This document shows, one piece after another, positions 22,710 to 36,696 of a stretch of DNA of 64,000 bases (its first letter is position 1; every line of letters begins with the position of its first letter). Source of the DNA: Mytilus trossulus (taxonomy: Eukaryota); the NCBI RefSeq assembly GCF_036588685.1, contig NC_086378.1, positions 66,278,001-66,342,000 on the forward strand, written 5' to 3'. The position numbers and the translations under genes were made by a program. The notes under the pieces are model-generated. The model worked only from the letters and a program-made list of their open reading frames with translations, did not search any database and was not told the DNA's origin.

Positions 22710-25690
22710 CTACGGTGCTTGCAGCCACCAACAATAGGTTCTCCTACATTCACAACACTGCGGAAGGCGGACGTAGTATGGATACCAGTATTTCGGTTTA
22801 AGATGTGGACAAAACATGTATAGTTTCAGTGACAAGAAGTTGGCAGGATAACAGATAGATGGGGACCACAGCATAGAACATGGCAAATTGCTGCAGCGTT
22901 GTTTGCTAAAAAATAGAATCATGGTAAATTTGTTGATATACCGGGAAACTGATATGTCTGCCCTTTTTTCTCTTTTTACTAGCATAAAGACTATGATGTT
23001 TAAAAATGACAATTAAAAATTATCTGTATCATATGTTTCATATAAGAATCCGTATTAAGAATTGCGAAACGTTACTAAATGATATATGTACATACAAATT
23101 TCAACATACATAGCATCACGTGCTTCCAAAGACAACGTCACAACAATGCATAGAAAAAGTCAGATTTTACTCGTAATTTTATTTTTGTAGTATAAAATTG
23201 CAATTTATATAAGGATCGAATGCTTTTTTTTAATATTTGACAGGATTTCATCATGCACGTGCATGGCAGCCGATCTTGAAATATACCACTACAATTCCTA
23301 TCGCATCAGTAAATTGTAATAAATTCGCATAATACACCACACTATAAAATGAAAGTGCGTGTCATGTCAATAAAATTACGAACAGCAAAATTAGAATAAC
23401 ATTAACAAAATAAATAACTTACTGTCCACAGTTTACATATGGTATTTGGCTTTTCACATAATACCAATGGAAATAACAATACCCCTTCTTTATCCATATT
23501 TTCTGTGGCACTTTCAGTATTGAATATTTCTTGTAACACAATGGAATTCCAAGTTCAACTCTATATTAAAAAAGAAATAAGTATTTAAGTTGATTGTTAA
23601 CCAGCTGATACATAAACACTAGTTGACGTATTTATTTTTTCTGTACATAGCCACTATAATTACAAATCGGACGGAACAATCTATACGTTTTCGTGAATAC
23701 TTTATTAGAATTCTCATAATATCTTTCGAAAAATATAATAATATGAGCATCAGAAGACGTGATGTACACGCCAATGAGAAGACATCAAAACAGATGATTT
23801 GAAATCGAGAACGTTCACAAGAAAACAACGTGATACAAATTATTATATATATATATGGAATATTTCAAAACACACTAAGGACGCCATACTACTGATCTAA
23901 AAATTTCCCATGTATTCGCTTTAATTTTTAATAAATTTTTTAATTGAATTGAATTAAATTTACAAAATACAAACATTGGTGAGCTTATTTACGAACTTGA
24001 ATTTAATTCTCTCTTCCAAGCCATTATTTGTATTTGTTCACAACATTTAATATACATTCAGCTTCTCGAGCCTCGCCTTCTGCCAAATTTTGCCATGTGC
24101 ATGCAGTACTTGGATATAATTTAGTTTTCAAATTTACTTACGGAGAAACAGGAGGTTTTGTCAAATGAGAAATCGCTAATTTCGCAGCCTCGACTTCAGC
24201 CTTTATCTCTGGGTCCTTGTCTAATGTTGCTTGCATTTTTTCAACCCTGCAACAATAATTAACCTATTAAAATGTAATTTAAACATCACATGCGTATTGT
24301 TGTTTAGTGAAAAAAATGCATTCTGTAAATATTGCATACACATTTATTCGTTCATTGTGTAATCATACGTTTTTTGATTGAGTTCAGTCTGCCAATTGAT
24401 ATTTTATCGTGTGTTTTTCTATGTTGTGATGTTATGCTATTGTTTCAGAAAAAGGAAGAAGTTTTGGATCCATTAAAACGTTTAATCCCGTTGCAAATGT
24501 TTGCACCTGTCCTAAGTCAGGAATCTGATGTACAGTAGTTGTCGTTTGTTTATGTAATATATACGTGTTTCTCGTTTCTCGTTTTGTTTATATAGATTAG
24601 ACCGTTGGTTTTCCCGTTTGAATGGTTTTACACTTGTAATTTTGGGACCCTTTATAGCTTGTTGTTCGGTGTGAGCCAAGGTTCCGTGTTGAAGGCCGTA
24701 CTGTAACCTATAATGGTTTACTTTTTAAATTGTTTTATTTGAATGGAGAGTTGTCTCATTGGCACTCACACCACATTTTCCTATATCTATTAATATATTA
24801 AAACCACACCAATCAAACGAACCAAATTACTAAAACGAATTTTTATTTTAATCTTTTATGCCCAACTATTTCCGATAGTTGTTTTCTGTATTTATGATCC
24901 AGCTCATCTGCTTTTATTTGTCAGTTGCAATTGAGATAATTTTATTTCAAAATTCTCTTCCCCCTTTAAATATGAATAGGTTTTCACTAATGTGGAATAC
25001 TTACGGACAATGGTCATCCTCGGCGGTCATGACACCAGCAAACGGCTCTCTAAAACAGTCTCCATCATTTGGATCACACTGATCCTCTTGTGCAAAGCAA
25101 GACGATGCCACCAACACTAAAAGCTAGTAAAGTAAAGAAGATAAAAGATTTTCACATTTTGTAAAAAACAAAAACTTAGAAATAATGTGTATTTATTTAA
25201 AAAATCACTACACACGATAACACATATTTTCAAACAACAGCTTAAATAAAAGATTTTAGCAAAACAACCAAAACAGTCAAACCAAGTAGTTAACATAAAT
25301 AATATATCAAAATAGTTTTATAAAAAGAAAACATTTACTTTCAAAGACGCTTTGTTTGTTGTACGATTTTAAAATTACTTAAACCGCTACGTGTTGAAGT
25401 GTTGTTAGTCTTTGCTCGGATTTTTTTTTCGGAGAAGTAGGGTGTATTATTAGACTATGATATTTTGTACTGTAAAGTAGTCTTTTGAGGTTCCGTTTTT
25501 CTTTTTACCTCATTTTTTTCTATTACACAAGACTCTTAAAATCGAAACGAAAACGTGAAAGTTGTCAAAGTTATCTAGCTTCATAAAGATTGAAAAGCAG
25601 ATTCTTTGCGATGATTCTTTATTTGTTTTGGAAAACACACAAAGAAATCATATTAACTTGAAAAATATTGCTTACCAGAATATAATGCAT
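22710..25690 (-). CDS. Secreted Spaetzle-like cystine-knot protein, type B, copy 2 (190 aa)
   Basis: Exons (transcription order) 25690-25676, 25123-25005, 24246-24142, 23560-23423, 22905-22710. Intact splice sites and all Cys; ends WWLQAP* (CAG>TAG). Confidence 0.88.
24340..24790 (-). mobile_element. Repeat insertion in B2 intron 2
   Basis: Absent at the homologous site in B1 (~16940) and B3 (~45800). Its 3' part is related to the 19985-20395 family. Confidence 0.7.
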
Positions 25691-28600
25691 AGTTGTTAAC
25701 TTGAAGTCATCAGAATCTAGCAACTTCTAGTTATGTTGTTAGAAAGCTCCACCGCGTATGGAGGAGGCGTATTCTTTGTTAAAAAAGTATTTTTGATATT
25801 CACTCAATCTAATTGAAATCGTAATCAGAGATCAATATTTTAATTAGATTGGATATTCACTCCCCTTACGTCGGAAACACTCGTGCTTTTATCTGGCTTT
25901 ACAATATAATTGGAGGAAATGTTTACAGCCGAATTTCGATACGTTTAGACACGCCTCTTTAAAACCAATCTTATACTTGGTGTACTTTTCTTTTTACATA
26001 TTTCATACATGCGAAGCTGTGAAAAATGTGACGCTTGTGTCTATAAATATCTTAATTTTAATAAGGAAACAGATTGTGATGTCGCAGATTGTTAGTTTTG
26101 TGCAATCATCAATTTCTTTTTAATAATTTTTCTGTTTTCGTTAATGTCAGCTAGTACATGTAGAAATAATTTATAAAATAATATTTATTTACCATCCTCA
26201 ATATATTTTTGTTATATTTTACCTGTTTAAAATGGAGGAGGGATTGCAGATATAACGGATAACTTCTTTAAGATACTTTTCTATTTTGCTTAATTTCAAC
26301 GTAAACTAAAAGCCTGTTGCTGATTTACAACTTGCTTCCATTACTTGGGAGTCATCTCTAGAATCTCTCAATCTATATATATATTCTTGTTAAACGAGCA
26401 TATCTGTAAACCTTGGTGTTTTGTTTAATTTTGATCCAGTCATCTATTAATATTTTGGTTTCTATCTGGACCAAAAGTTTCATCTGTTGTTATGCGTGCA
26501 TATTCATTTTCATCCTGTCTTACGCAAAGGAATTTCATACTCAGCTCTTAACAGACCACTCACAGATATTCCATCCCCCCTAGGAAATCAAATAATCGAT
26601 TTTTAATACACTGATAAATTAATGTATCAATTTTAAATACAGTGATTTGGTTGGGAGACAAATAACATCGAAAGTGGAAATAATAAAATATAAATCCATG
26701 ATTCTCTTGAACAAAGGGATTTTAATCTTTAATTTTGTAACCAGTTTCGATGAAAATTTATACCGAAAGAAAAAAAAATAGTCTGTCTCTCTGATTTTTA
26801 AAAGCATAGTCGCCCATGACACCGATACATTAAATAGATATATAATTTTGTGAATTGGAAATATCAAAATATATCTATAACTCTTATGTTGTATATATAT
26901 TTGAAAATTTCGAATGTAAAAAAATGAAAATATAACCGAAGAAATCATATTAACTTAATAAAAACATATGAGCATAAAAAAGGCCGTAAGTTTTCTCGTT
27001 TGAATTGTTTTACATTGTCATTTCGGGGCCTTTCATAGCTGACTATGCGGTATACTCATTGTTGAAGGCCGTATGGTGACATACAGTTGTTTATTTCTGT
27101 GTCATTTTGACCAATTGTGGAAAGTTATCTCATTGACAATCATACCACATCTTCTTTTGTTATATAAGAAATGGCATCGGATATTATCCATTCGAACAAA
27201 ACCGTTCTCTGTTCTATTATAGTTCAAACACAACTTGTTAATGTCAGTGTACTTGTTATGAACATCACCGTGCGTAGTGGCCATACGTTCACTCCACATT
27301 GTGTTTGGTTAATACCTCTCAGTCTGTAAAAGAGGGGCGAAATATTCCAGAGGGACAGTCATACTCATAGATTGAAATAAACTGACAACGTCATGGCTAA
27401 AAATAAAAAGACAAACAGACAAATAATAGTACAGAAGACACAACAGAGAAAAATAAAGAATAAGCAACACGAAACCCACAAAAACTAGGGGTGATCTCAG
27501 GTTACCTGTGCAAAGTTTTGTGCAGATTTAGTTTGTTTTTTTGTTTATTAAATACTGGTCATTTTTTTGGTTCTCTTCGGTTAATGCTATTGTGACAGGC
27601 CTTTAGTATCTTCCTACTTTTTAGAATATTTCTAGAACGCATTATTAAAAGCAAAACGTTTACAAACATATTCTGAACCCCAATTGGTATATAGCAACAA
27701 AAAGAAGAAACTTAGGAAATCGGGATTATAGAAGGGACAGCAATTTCTGCATCACTGATACCCGTTATTTTCTGTTCAAAACACCAAAAATCCCGAACAA
27801 AACGAGATGAGACTTGTCACATTAAACATTTTTTAAATGGATCTTGTTATCTATATATCAAAACATAGTTTTTGTTAGACATACTTGTCTTTCCGCATGG
27901 CAACACTGTCTATATTGTGTTCGTAGGACTCAAAACGTGAAAGGCAAAAAGTAACAATATACCATTGTTAATCGTAAAGAGTTGTGTATTGACGCCTAAA
28001 CATAGTGACAAAGAAGTCTTCGCCAATTGACAAAGTTCAGCTCTAAATCGCTCGGAGTCTAGAAAAGCTTCTGAATGAATCTAGCTTAACAAGTGTTATT
28101 CATCATCAAAACATCAAAATATATGTTAGAGTTCGTGGTGTTTAATGATAAAAAATTAATATGTATACATGATCTCACTTTGTAAAAACTTAATCGATTG
28201 TCTTTAGTTTAACAGAGACCTATACATGCTGTAACATTTCTTTTGTTTCAACTTATGATTCGGTTTGTGTTTTTCCGTATGTAAGATTCCTCACGATAAA
28301 GATTTTTCTATAAGTTGTTATTGCCTTTGAACTAGCTGCCAGTAACTGTGAGTACTCTTAGATCTGTACCTAGTGTTTTATTTCTTGTTGGGTATGTATA
28401 AATATCCTGCCATGTCTGGTTTGGTTATTGTGATGTTTTCTGCTTTGTATCGATTTAATAACAAAAGTATTGAACTCCGAGGAAAACAACAAAACGGAAA
28501 GTTCCTAATCAAATGGCAAAATCAAATGATAAAACACATCAAACAAATGGACAACAACTGTCATATTCCTGACTCGGTACACATGGTACAGTGATTTTAA

Positions 28601-28821
28601 AATGTAGAAAATGGTGTATTGAACATATTTTCAACTAGACGTACGTTAATCAATCTCAAGCCCTCTTAGATTTAGTTTAATAGTTTGTTCTTTATTATGT
28701 TTTGATGCAACACCACTGCCCCAGTTTAGAGGAGGGTGAGGCGATCAAAAACCTGTCCAACCTTGATTCATTCTGGTATGTGCCAGGTACAAGTAGGGAG
28801 CCTGCTTTTCAAGGGTTGTCG

Positions 28822-29165
28822 ACAGGGTCCCCCATGGGTCAATTTTTTTTCGCCACCTCTTTCGCCAAAACAATGTATTTTTCGCCACTTTATTATTTTT
28901 TTCGCCAATTAACATAAATATGATTTTCGTTTAAAATTTTCCTTTTTTTTACACTCCCTAAATAAGATGAGTTTGTCCCCATTGTTGTCGATGATTATTC
29001 CCTCAAACCTATCTTAGAGTCTACATTGTTATGAACAAACATACTTTTAAAGAGAAGAACTTTATTTGTAAATGAAAAAGTTGAGAAGTAAAACTATGCT
29101 TGAAACACGTGTGTCACTTAAACGACTTTAAAGTACACACTCAAATCTGTTATCTATATAAAACG
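28822..29165. mobile_element. Right-arm-specific insertion downstream of A2, possible DNA-transposon fragment
   Basis: Flanked by TGTCG (28817-28821 and 29166-29170). Absent in the left arm (~12050-12065). Begins ACAGGGTCCCCC. Confidence 0.55.
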
Positions 29166-30010
29166 TGTCGTTATTTCATATCAGCCATAGTTGTTTTTCG
29201 TAAATAATTTTGTTATAAATAACGCTGTTAGTCTTCACAAGTGAAATGTTTAATGTTTGGATAAATTTGGCATATCTTGGAATGCTAGGTTGATTAACGC
29301 CCAGTAGCAAATATGTAATGCATGTGTGGGACGGTTGGTATGACCGTCTTTATTTTGCTTGCTGATTTTGGTAGTTCGAGTATGGATAAAGAGTATGCAA
29401 CATTTTAAAAAGGAGCAGACAGAAATAAAAAAGGAACATTTAAACTCATAAGTTGAAATCAAAATGACCAAGCCATGGCAAGAATATAATCACAACATAA
29501 AACAACTGAAGACTTAGCTAGACGAATCCCATCAAAAACTTTGATAATCTCAATTGATGCACCGCGGAAGAGTTAGAAAATTATGCTCCACATTTGGCTC
29601 ACAAAATATTGTTCTTCAAAAGTCAAATTCGTTGATGTCACAATTGAGCGAAAGTGGACTGTGGCTTCGAGAATTAAAATTTATCAGTTATCATAGCAGA
29701 TGAAAGAACAAGCTCGCTATATAATCTCTGTTGTAACTGTTTTTTTTGCCTTTTATACTTTACTATGTGGTTTTTGCTCTGCATTGTTAAAAGGCATACA
29801 CTGATATGTTATTGTTCAGATCATTTTCCTTAGGTCTTAATACGGATAGTTGTTTCAGTGGAAGTCATACAACTTCTTCATATCAATATATTAAGATACA
29901 GTGATACATGTTCTTTTTTTTAAGGTATTCAAAAATTATAAGACGATTTTAAAATTTTAAAATTTTATTTTCATTAATTTACATGAAAACTGGTTTTGGC
30001 TCTCACATCT

Positions 30011-32064
30011 TCAGCACTTGTATCTCTTACATTCACAACATTGTGGTAACCTTTTCTCTATTCTGATGTACTTATACGGGAAACTATGGTGACCAGTTGG
30101 ACAAGCTATCCACATATAAAAGGAACGCTTACAAGACGGAACACATCTGTACACGTATGGGTTCCACCATTCATTACACGGAACGTGACTGCAAAGTTGC
30201 TTACTGAAATGAAACAAAAAAGTAATCTTAAAAATTGTAATAAGTATCAAACTAAAATAAATTCGACAAAATGGGGAAACAGATAGCTGGAGACCTTATG
30301 GTACATTATTGAAAGAATGAAGGTGGTACCATACACCTTGACGAAATTTAATTTGGCTCTTTTTCTTTAAATTTTGACAAAATATTTACTTTGACCTTCT
30401 GACAACAACATACAATATTCAAAAAACGTGAACAACACACTGTCACAGAGACGTTTGGACAAGCACTAGTTTTGTTTATTGAAAAGAATTTAATAGAACG
30501 TTATTAATACATTCAGTTGATTTTGAAAGAGTTATCTCTCTGTTATGTAATGATCGTGACTAGGTAACTTTGGTTCTAAAACATTAAAAGTTATACATGT
30601 ACTTACGGACAATCCAAGTATTTCCAGATTTGATACCAGAAGTAATGCAAGACATAACACATTTTCCCTTGGTACCAGACTTGTTTGGAAGGGACGTAAG
30701 ACCGGTATTTATATTTACACATTCCAACCGTCCATACAAACCTGAAAACAAATCAACAATTGATATCCTTCCTTCAATATGTAAATTAAAAAAATAGAAT
30801 CCTGATTAAAAATTACTGTAAAGCAATGAATATTTCTTCAACAATTTGCATGTTTTTTTTTATACTGTAAAATAATTTAGCAAACTGTTACGTTGACAGT
30901 AACCGTTAGATGTATTGTTTTATATATTGAAACAGATAATTTCATTACATTTATTCATTTTTGTATACTTTTCTTTACTTAGTAACTTAACTGCAATACA
31001 AGAGTATGAAAACTTACAATGGATTAGCTTCGAACATTAACTCATTGACAGCTCTATCTGTTTCAACCTTAAGCGTTGTCTCCCTATCTAAACTTCTATT
31101 TATTGAAGCTCTACAAATACAAAATATTTTTGAACACAAACACTACAGACAAAGTTCACGTTTTTTTATAATAAAAATATAGCACTCATGATGATAATGA
31201 AAGTTAAAATTTCAACAATAAAAGATAAAATTTCAACAATAAAGTTAGAATTTAAACAATAAAAGTTAAAATTTCAACAATAATTATAAGGATAATAATA
31301 AAGCTGATTACAACTATTACGATAATTATATAACAAAGTAACATAAACAAGTTTTCACATCAATCGGGTTTTTCATAGATTTATATAGTTAATCAGAAAG
31401 CATGAGGCTTTGTGGCTGCTTTGAAATCTTGTACAGTCTATCATTTTGATTTAAAAGTGTCTACACCAAAAACAGCCAACTTCCACTAGACTTTACTACG
31501 AAGACATGTACCTTATATCTGCATCTCCCTGTTCTAAGTCCTTAAAATAATCATCATCTTCAGGTGCTGGTGGTATACATATTCTTGTAGGATCGGCAAC
31601 CTCAGCATCAACAGATTTATACAGGACAACTAATACAACCTACGTAAAAAATCTATGGTCACAACTAACATTCCATAAGTAAAACTGTTATACTTGATAG
31701 TTATATTGCATGGTTCCAACTTATACACAAAATTGGCATATTGACAAATTTTGTTTGTTAGAGATGACAGAGACCCAACAATTGAGTAAAATTGGAAATG
31801 CAAGAGTCAACAGATTTGTTAGAATAACTAAGTTTATACATTTTGTATATGATGAGTTAGTATTTAGAGGACAAGCAAACACCACCTCAAGAAAAGGGAA
31901 GCGCAAGGCAAACAAATTAAAAACACGCATATATATATTAAATTATTTTGAAAATATGAACTTGTTTGATAGCATCTACAAATTGCAAACACTGTATATA
32001 CAATTTTTGTATTGTTATAAATATTGATCTAACTTACGACAATTGTGTGAAACAACATGATCAT
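30011..32064 (-). CDS. Secreted Spaetzle-like cystine-knot protein, type A, copy 2 (191 aa)
   Basis: Exons 32064-32038, 31639-31512, 31110-31018, 30741-30607, 30203-30011; same lengths as A1, intact GT-AG. Exon 4 reads FVWTVGMCKYKYRSYVPSKQVWYQGKMCYVLHYFWYQIWKYLDCP. Confidence 0.9.
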
Positions 32065-32959
32065 CTCTGATCGTATCTAGAATATGTATTTACTCCAGAC
32101 CTACTCTTTCCTCTAAAGTTGTACATAAACCACGTGACTTTGTTTCTGTCAATTTTCAGAAACTTGTCGAAGACCTAAATGATTGACATCTTCATCAGAA
32201 ATATGCAAATGAGATTAATAATCACTACTTATATGCAACTGACATTGAAAAGACAAGATATATACAAACGATGAAATTATTCATACAAAATATGTGACAG
32301 TTTGTTTTTATTTTTTTAATTGACGTAAATCAATGACGCTTAAAACCGTGATTTATGAAATACCATGAGTGTTCTTTTGGTATATTTTGCCTATTTTCAT
32401 CATCCATTAAAATTTTCGGACTTCTAGAAATTACGGTATAGGGGGCCTTTCTCGGATATTTTTTTGTGGCTGTGTAAAAGATAGTCTTTTATGCACATGT
32501 TGCCAGGAAAACATTGATAGAAGGAAAAAGAACTTTAACACAATTTTTTTTTATAAAAACCAAAAAAAAGCAACAAGTCAATAAAATCATCATTATCATA
32601 CTTACACAATTAATCTGATAAATGTCATGAATGTGGTCATCTTTTACAAAACGAAGTGTTTATTCTATAGTAAATGGAACTTTGTTTAGAGAAAACTGGT
32701 CTGAAAAAAATAGCACTTCAGATGACGTAAAATCGATGACAAAACTTAAGATTTCGGGAAAGCATGGTATTATATACATTAAAAATCTGTACATGTTCTA
32801 GGGGTATAGCCCACCCAAAGTAATCCCTTAACCTGAAACTATTTTGATGTTAATATATTGACGATACTGTGCAAAGATCAATGTTGTCTATTTCAGACAG
32901 CACGCGACTGTTTTTGTACCTATTCGGTTATATCACCGAAGACCCAAAATCATATCATA

Positions 32960-33590
32960 ATACAAGTACAAATACAAATATTTATTAGCACAAACTCATC
33001 AACAATAAATGGTTAAGGCTCATGGTATAATAATTACATAATTGATCATACATAATAAGTATTGTAAATAATGACTATATTATGCAATATTATAAACAAT
33101 GACAATGAATTAAAGACATATTGACAATTCTATAGAGTTTGTTCAGCTTTACGCAGGTTCATACTGTCTGAAATGAAAAAGGAAGTCAATTTTAGGATTG
33201 TGTATGAATTATTTTTTAATAAGATGATTATATTATTTTCAATGGTATCAAGTTTTGTAGGATCATCGATTATATTTGAAACTTTTTGGTAAAATATGGC
33301 CCTTTTAGTTGTGTTTTTTACAATGTAAAAGAAAATGTTTTTCATTTTCAATATGACCAGAATTACAAACAGAGCAGTATCTCTCATTTCTGGGAATATT
33401 TAGATGTCAGCCTCTTTCAATCATCAGTATTCGAACATTTATACGGATCTTACATATTGCAGCTCTGTTACTTCTGGTTTTTTTTTAAATCTCAACATAG
33501 GGTGGTCTTCGGCCCATTATTTAGACACTCTTGAAAAAGTCTAATTTATTGATTCAAGTATATTTGCATTTTGAACTTGCACAAATTGGT
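32960..33590 (-). mobile_element. Mirror copy of decayed non-LTR retrotransposon 3' end
   Basis: Reverse complement of 7370-8006. Confidence 0.7.
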
Positions 33591-33647
33591 CATTAATTCT
33601 TTGTTTAAATCATATGATAAAATTATTCATCTCAAAAAAGACAAATT

Positions 33648-33928
33648 TATGGTGGCCGGATGCGGCCATTTCGCCTTTTCGAGTTTTTGCGTTTTCTCCT
33701 TTCACTTTCACGCGAAATCGCGAAATCGAGAAATCGCGAAATCGCGATATCGAGAAAGCGAAATCGCGAAATCGAGAAATTGAGAAAGCGAAAACGCGAA
33801 ATCGAGAAAGCGAAAACGCAAAAGCGCGAAATCAAGAAAGCAAAAACGCGAAAACGCGTCAGCGAAAACGCCAAAACGCGAAAATGCGAAAAGTCGAAAA
33901 GGCGAAATGGCCGCATCCGGCCACCATA
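33648..33928. mobile_element. 281-bp MITE with long TIRs and internal CGCGAAAT/CGAGAAAG microrepeats (IS3EU-like termini)
   Basis: TIR TATGGTGGCCGGATGCGGCCATTTCGCCTTTTCGA and its reverse complement at the right end. 6-bp TSD CAAATT (33642-33647, 33929-33934). Absent from the left arm. Confidence 0.85.
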
Positions 33929-35034
33929 CAAATTTGAGTCTGGCCAAATTAAAAAATGAAAAATCATGGTAAAATTCAATACCTTTTAGAACAAAACTCA
34001 GTCGTTTAAAATTTGGAAATTTTACGATATTTGGAATTTGTGTTCCTCAATCCATTAAATTTCTCTAGAGTACAGTGATATCGTGATGTCTGCTCTTTTT
34101 ATAGGAAGGGTTAATGCCATGCATTGTAATCTTGAACAACACTTACTAGTGCTAAAAATAAACGCAGGAATAGGGCAGAATTTGGCATTTCTTACGTGAA
34201 GGAACTATAAAGGTAACCCGTATATGATTGCATAAACAGAACCAAATAAATGCCACCAATATCCATTCCTCCCTCGACCTGTGGGTGTAATTTTATCTAG
34301 AAAGTACAAATACATTTTAAAGGAAAAAGAACGTATTTGAATAAAGTAATATAGTATATGTCTAATAAGAGGGATGTTTATAGATCAGTTGAAACAACCT
34401 GTTATCAACAGAAAATTCATGAAATATTTCAATGTAATCATCTGCTGTCTTTTGCTATAAACAATCTCTCATATGTGCATAAATAAGCAGAAACAGTTGT
34501 TAAAACGTGTTAATTATGCATAATACACTTGTGTTTATCAAGAGAAACACTTATGCATGGTATACTTTATCTCGATAATTTCTTCTCATTATCACTTTAA
34601 TATATATTTGTATAATAAAAAAAATAATTGCCTCCTGCCTTTTCGACATAAACAACATGAGAGCCATCCTATGATTTTAACCAACACTTTTGGTCCATGA
34701 ATATTTTTTTTCAAATCTCGCGTATAAGATCATCATTACACATTGTTCTACGTTTTGACTTGGACCATTATTGACAGATATAACTACAAGGTGTACCATT
34801 TTTATCAAAGCTATAGATATAATTAGCATGCTTCAAATACATTGCTTTAGAAATAGGAATAAACTATTGAAATCAAATATGGCGATACGATATATATAAT
34901 TGTCCCAGCCTTCAGTCCTAATTTGAAAAGTCAACAATAGTTCTGCCAAGAGTCGCCACTCGAAACGAAATAAACTGTGAGTGCTCATTATGCATGAAGT
35001 ACAAAATATAATTTCTATTTTTGCAGGAATTAGT

Positions 35035-36225
35035 AAAACAGGAGTGCACACCCTGGAATGTCTCGCCTTCTTTTCTTTTCCTTGGTATTATGTTGATAGT
35101 CCTAAATATAAAGCTTTATTACAACTGTCACATAAACTTAACATTAACCATGAAAACTAAACATTGACCAGTGAACCATGAAAATGAGGTCAGGGTAAGA
35201 TAAACCATGCCAGACAGACATTCTACCATACAACAAATACAGTTGACCTATAGTTTAAGAATAACAGCTCAAAACACAAAAAAAGAACACTGAGCAATGA
35301 ACCGTGAAAACGAGGTCAAGGCCAAATAAAACCAGCGCGACTGATATATAGATCACAAAATATTTCCATACACCAAATATAGTTGCCCTATTGCATACAG
35401 TATTAAAAAAAGACAAAAACTTAAAAACTCATCTTTTACCACTGAGCCATGAAAATGAGGTCAAGGTCATATGACACCTGTCAGTTGGAAATGTAACCTT
35501 ACAGTCCTTCCATACACTGAATATACTAGACCTGTTGCTTATAGTTTTAGTATATGAGATATGGACTTGACCACCAAAACTTAACCTTGTTCATTTATCC
35601 ATGAAATGAGTTCGAGGTCAAGTGAAAACTATACTTAGAAATTGTGGAAACATGTGCCGCCTTTGTCAACATACATAATCATTATTTAATAAAATATCAA
35701 CTTAAATAAAACATGCTTTTTTTTTTTTTATATATTTTCCAAATTTCATCAGGACAGCTAGAAGCTAAACGTCTAAATACATGAAATGTGACTTAGAGTC
35801 CATCCTTTTCATTATAATAAATTAAAAAAATCAATGTCATTTGGACTTTCATGTAGGAAAGTTGTATCATTGTCAATGAAAGCAATAATTGATTTTTGAG
35901 TCGACCCTGCATATTTTACATGTCGTAGTCGTTCTCAACTGTAGGTGCCGACAGTTGTTGAAAAGGTCTTATAAGAGAGAATTTAACCTTACAAAAAATC
36001 TGAACCTTTCTTTTCAAGTAGTCACTGAACCATGAAAATGAGATCAAGGACATTGGGTATTTGACTAACGGAAAGTTCGTTACATGAGGCATCTATATAC
36101 AAAGTATGTAGCATCCAGGTCTTCCACCTTCTAAAATATAAAGCTTTGAAGAAGCTAGCTAACGCCGCCGCTGGATCCCTATCCCTAGCTCGAGCTTTGC
36201 GACAAAAGTCACAGACTAGACAAAA
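35035..36225 (+). mobile_element. Non-autonomous Helentron/HINE-like element with CCATGAAAATGAGGTCAAG subrepeats, interrupted at ~35630-35970
   Basis: Internal subrepeats and a terminal imperfect hairpin TGCGAC-AAAA-GTCACA before an A-run. Mirror of 5826-6640. Confidence 0.5.
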
Positions 36226-36654
36226 AAATCATGATTCAAATGTTTTAATTCTGCAAAAAGTGGGTCATCTGGCACAAACGCAACCTCAGCAAAAAACAGC
36301 TATATCGCTACCACAATTATAGTTCGCTAGAAAACTGTTTGGAACAAAATCCCCACTTCAGTGTGAACTAGGGTGCCTCCTTTTAACCACCTCATTGATT
36401 AAACTTGTTGAACATCATCTCTTAAATTTAGATTAGACTTTATGTGATAAATAAATCTTGTCACTATCGATTTTTCTAAATATCAGCATGAACTTTTGAC
36501 GTCATTGTCGATTTTTGTGAAAACTGCTCCTTTAAAATTAGGTATTGACACTATCACAATAAGGTGGTTAATCAAACCATGTTTTATATATGTTTTGGAT
36601 TATAGCTCTTCATCTTTTATATAAGTTTTGGATTTCAAATATTTTGGCAACGAG

Positions 36655-36696
36655 CATCACTGAAGAGACATGTATTGTCTAAATGCGCATCTGGTG
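36655..36696 (+). ncRNA. Minimal type-I hammerhead ribozyme motif (GAAA>TAAA) within a ~135-bp right-arm insertion (~36588-36723)
   Basis: CATCA-CTGAAGA-GACA tgtat TGTC-TAAA-TGCGCA-TC-TGGTG. Confidence 0.6.

Noticed and set aside
22710-25690. B2 (and B3) as pseudogenes because of early stops
   Set aside because: The stops are in the last exon after the final Cys and remove only 9 and 5 residues. All splice sites are intact.
33571-33979. Multiple overlapping R/K/E-rich ORFs
   Set aside because: Translation by-products of the microrepeat MITE.
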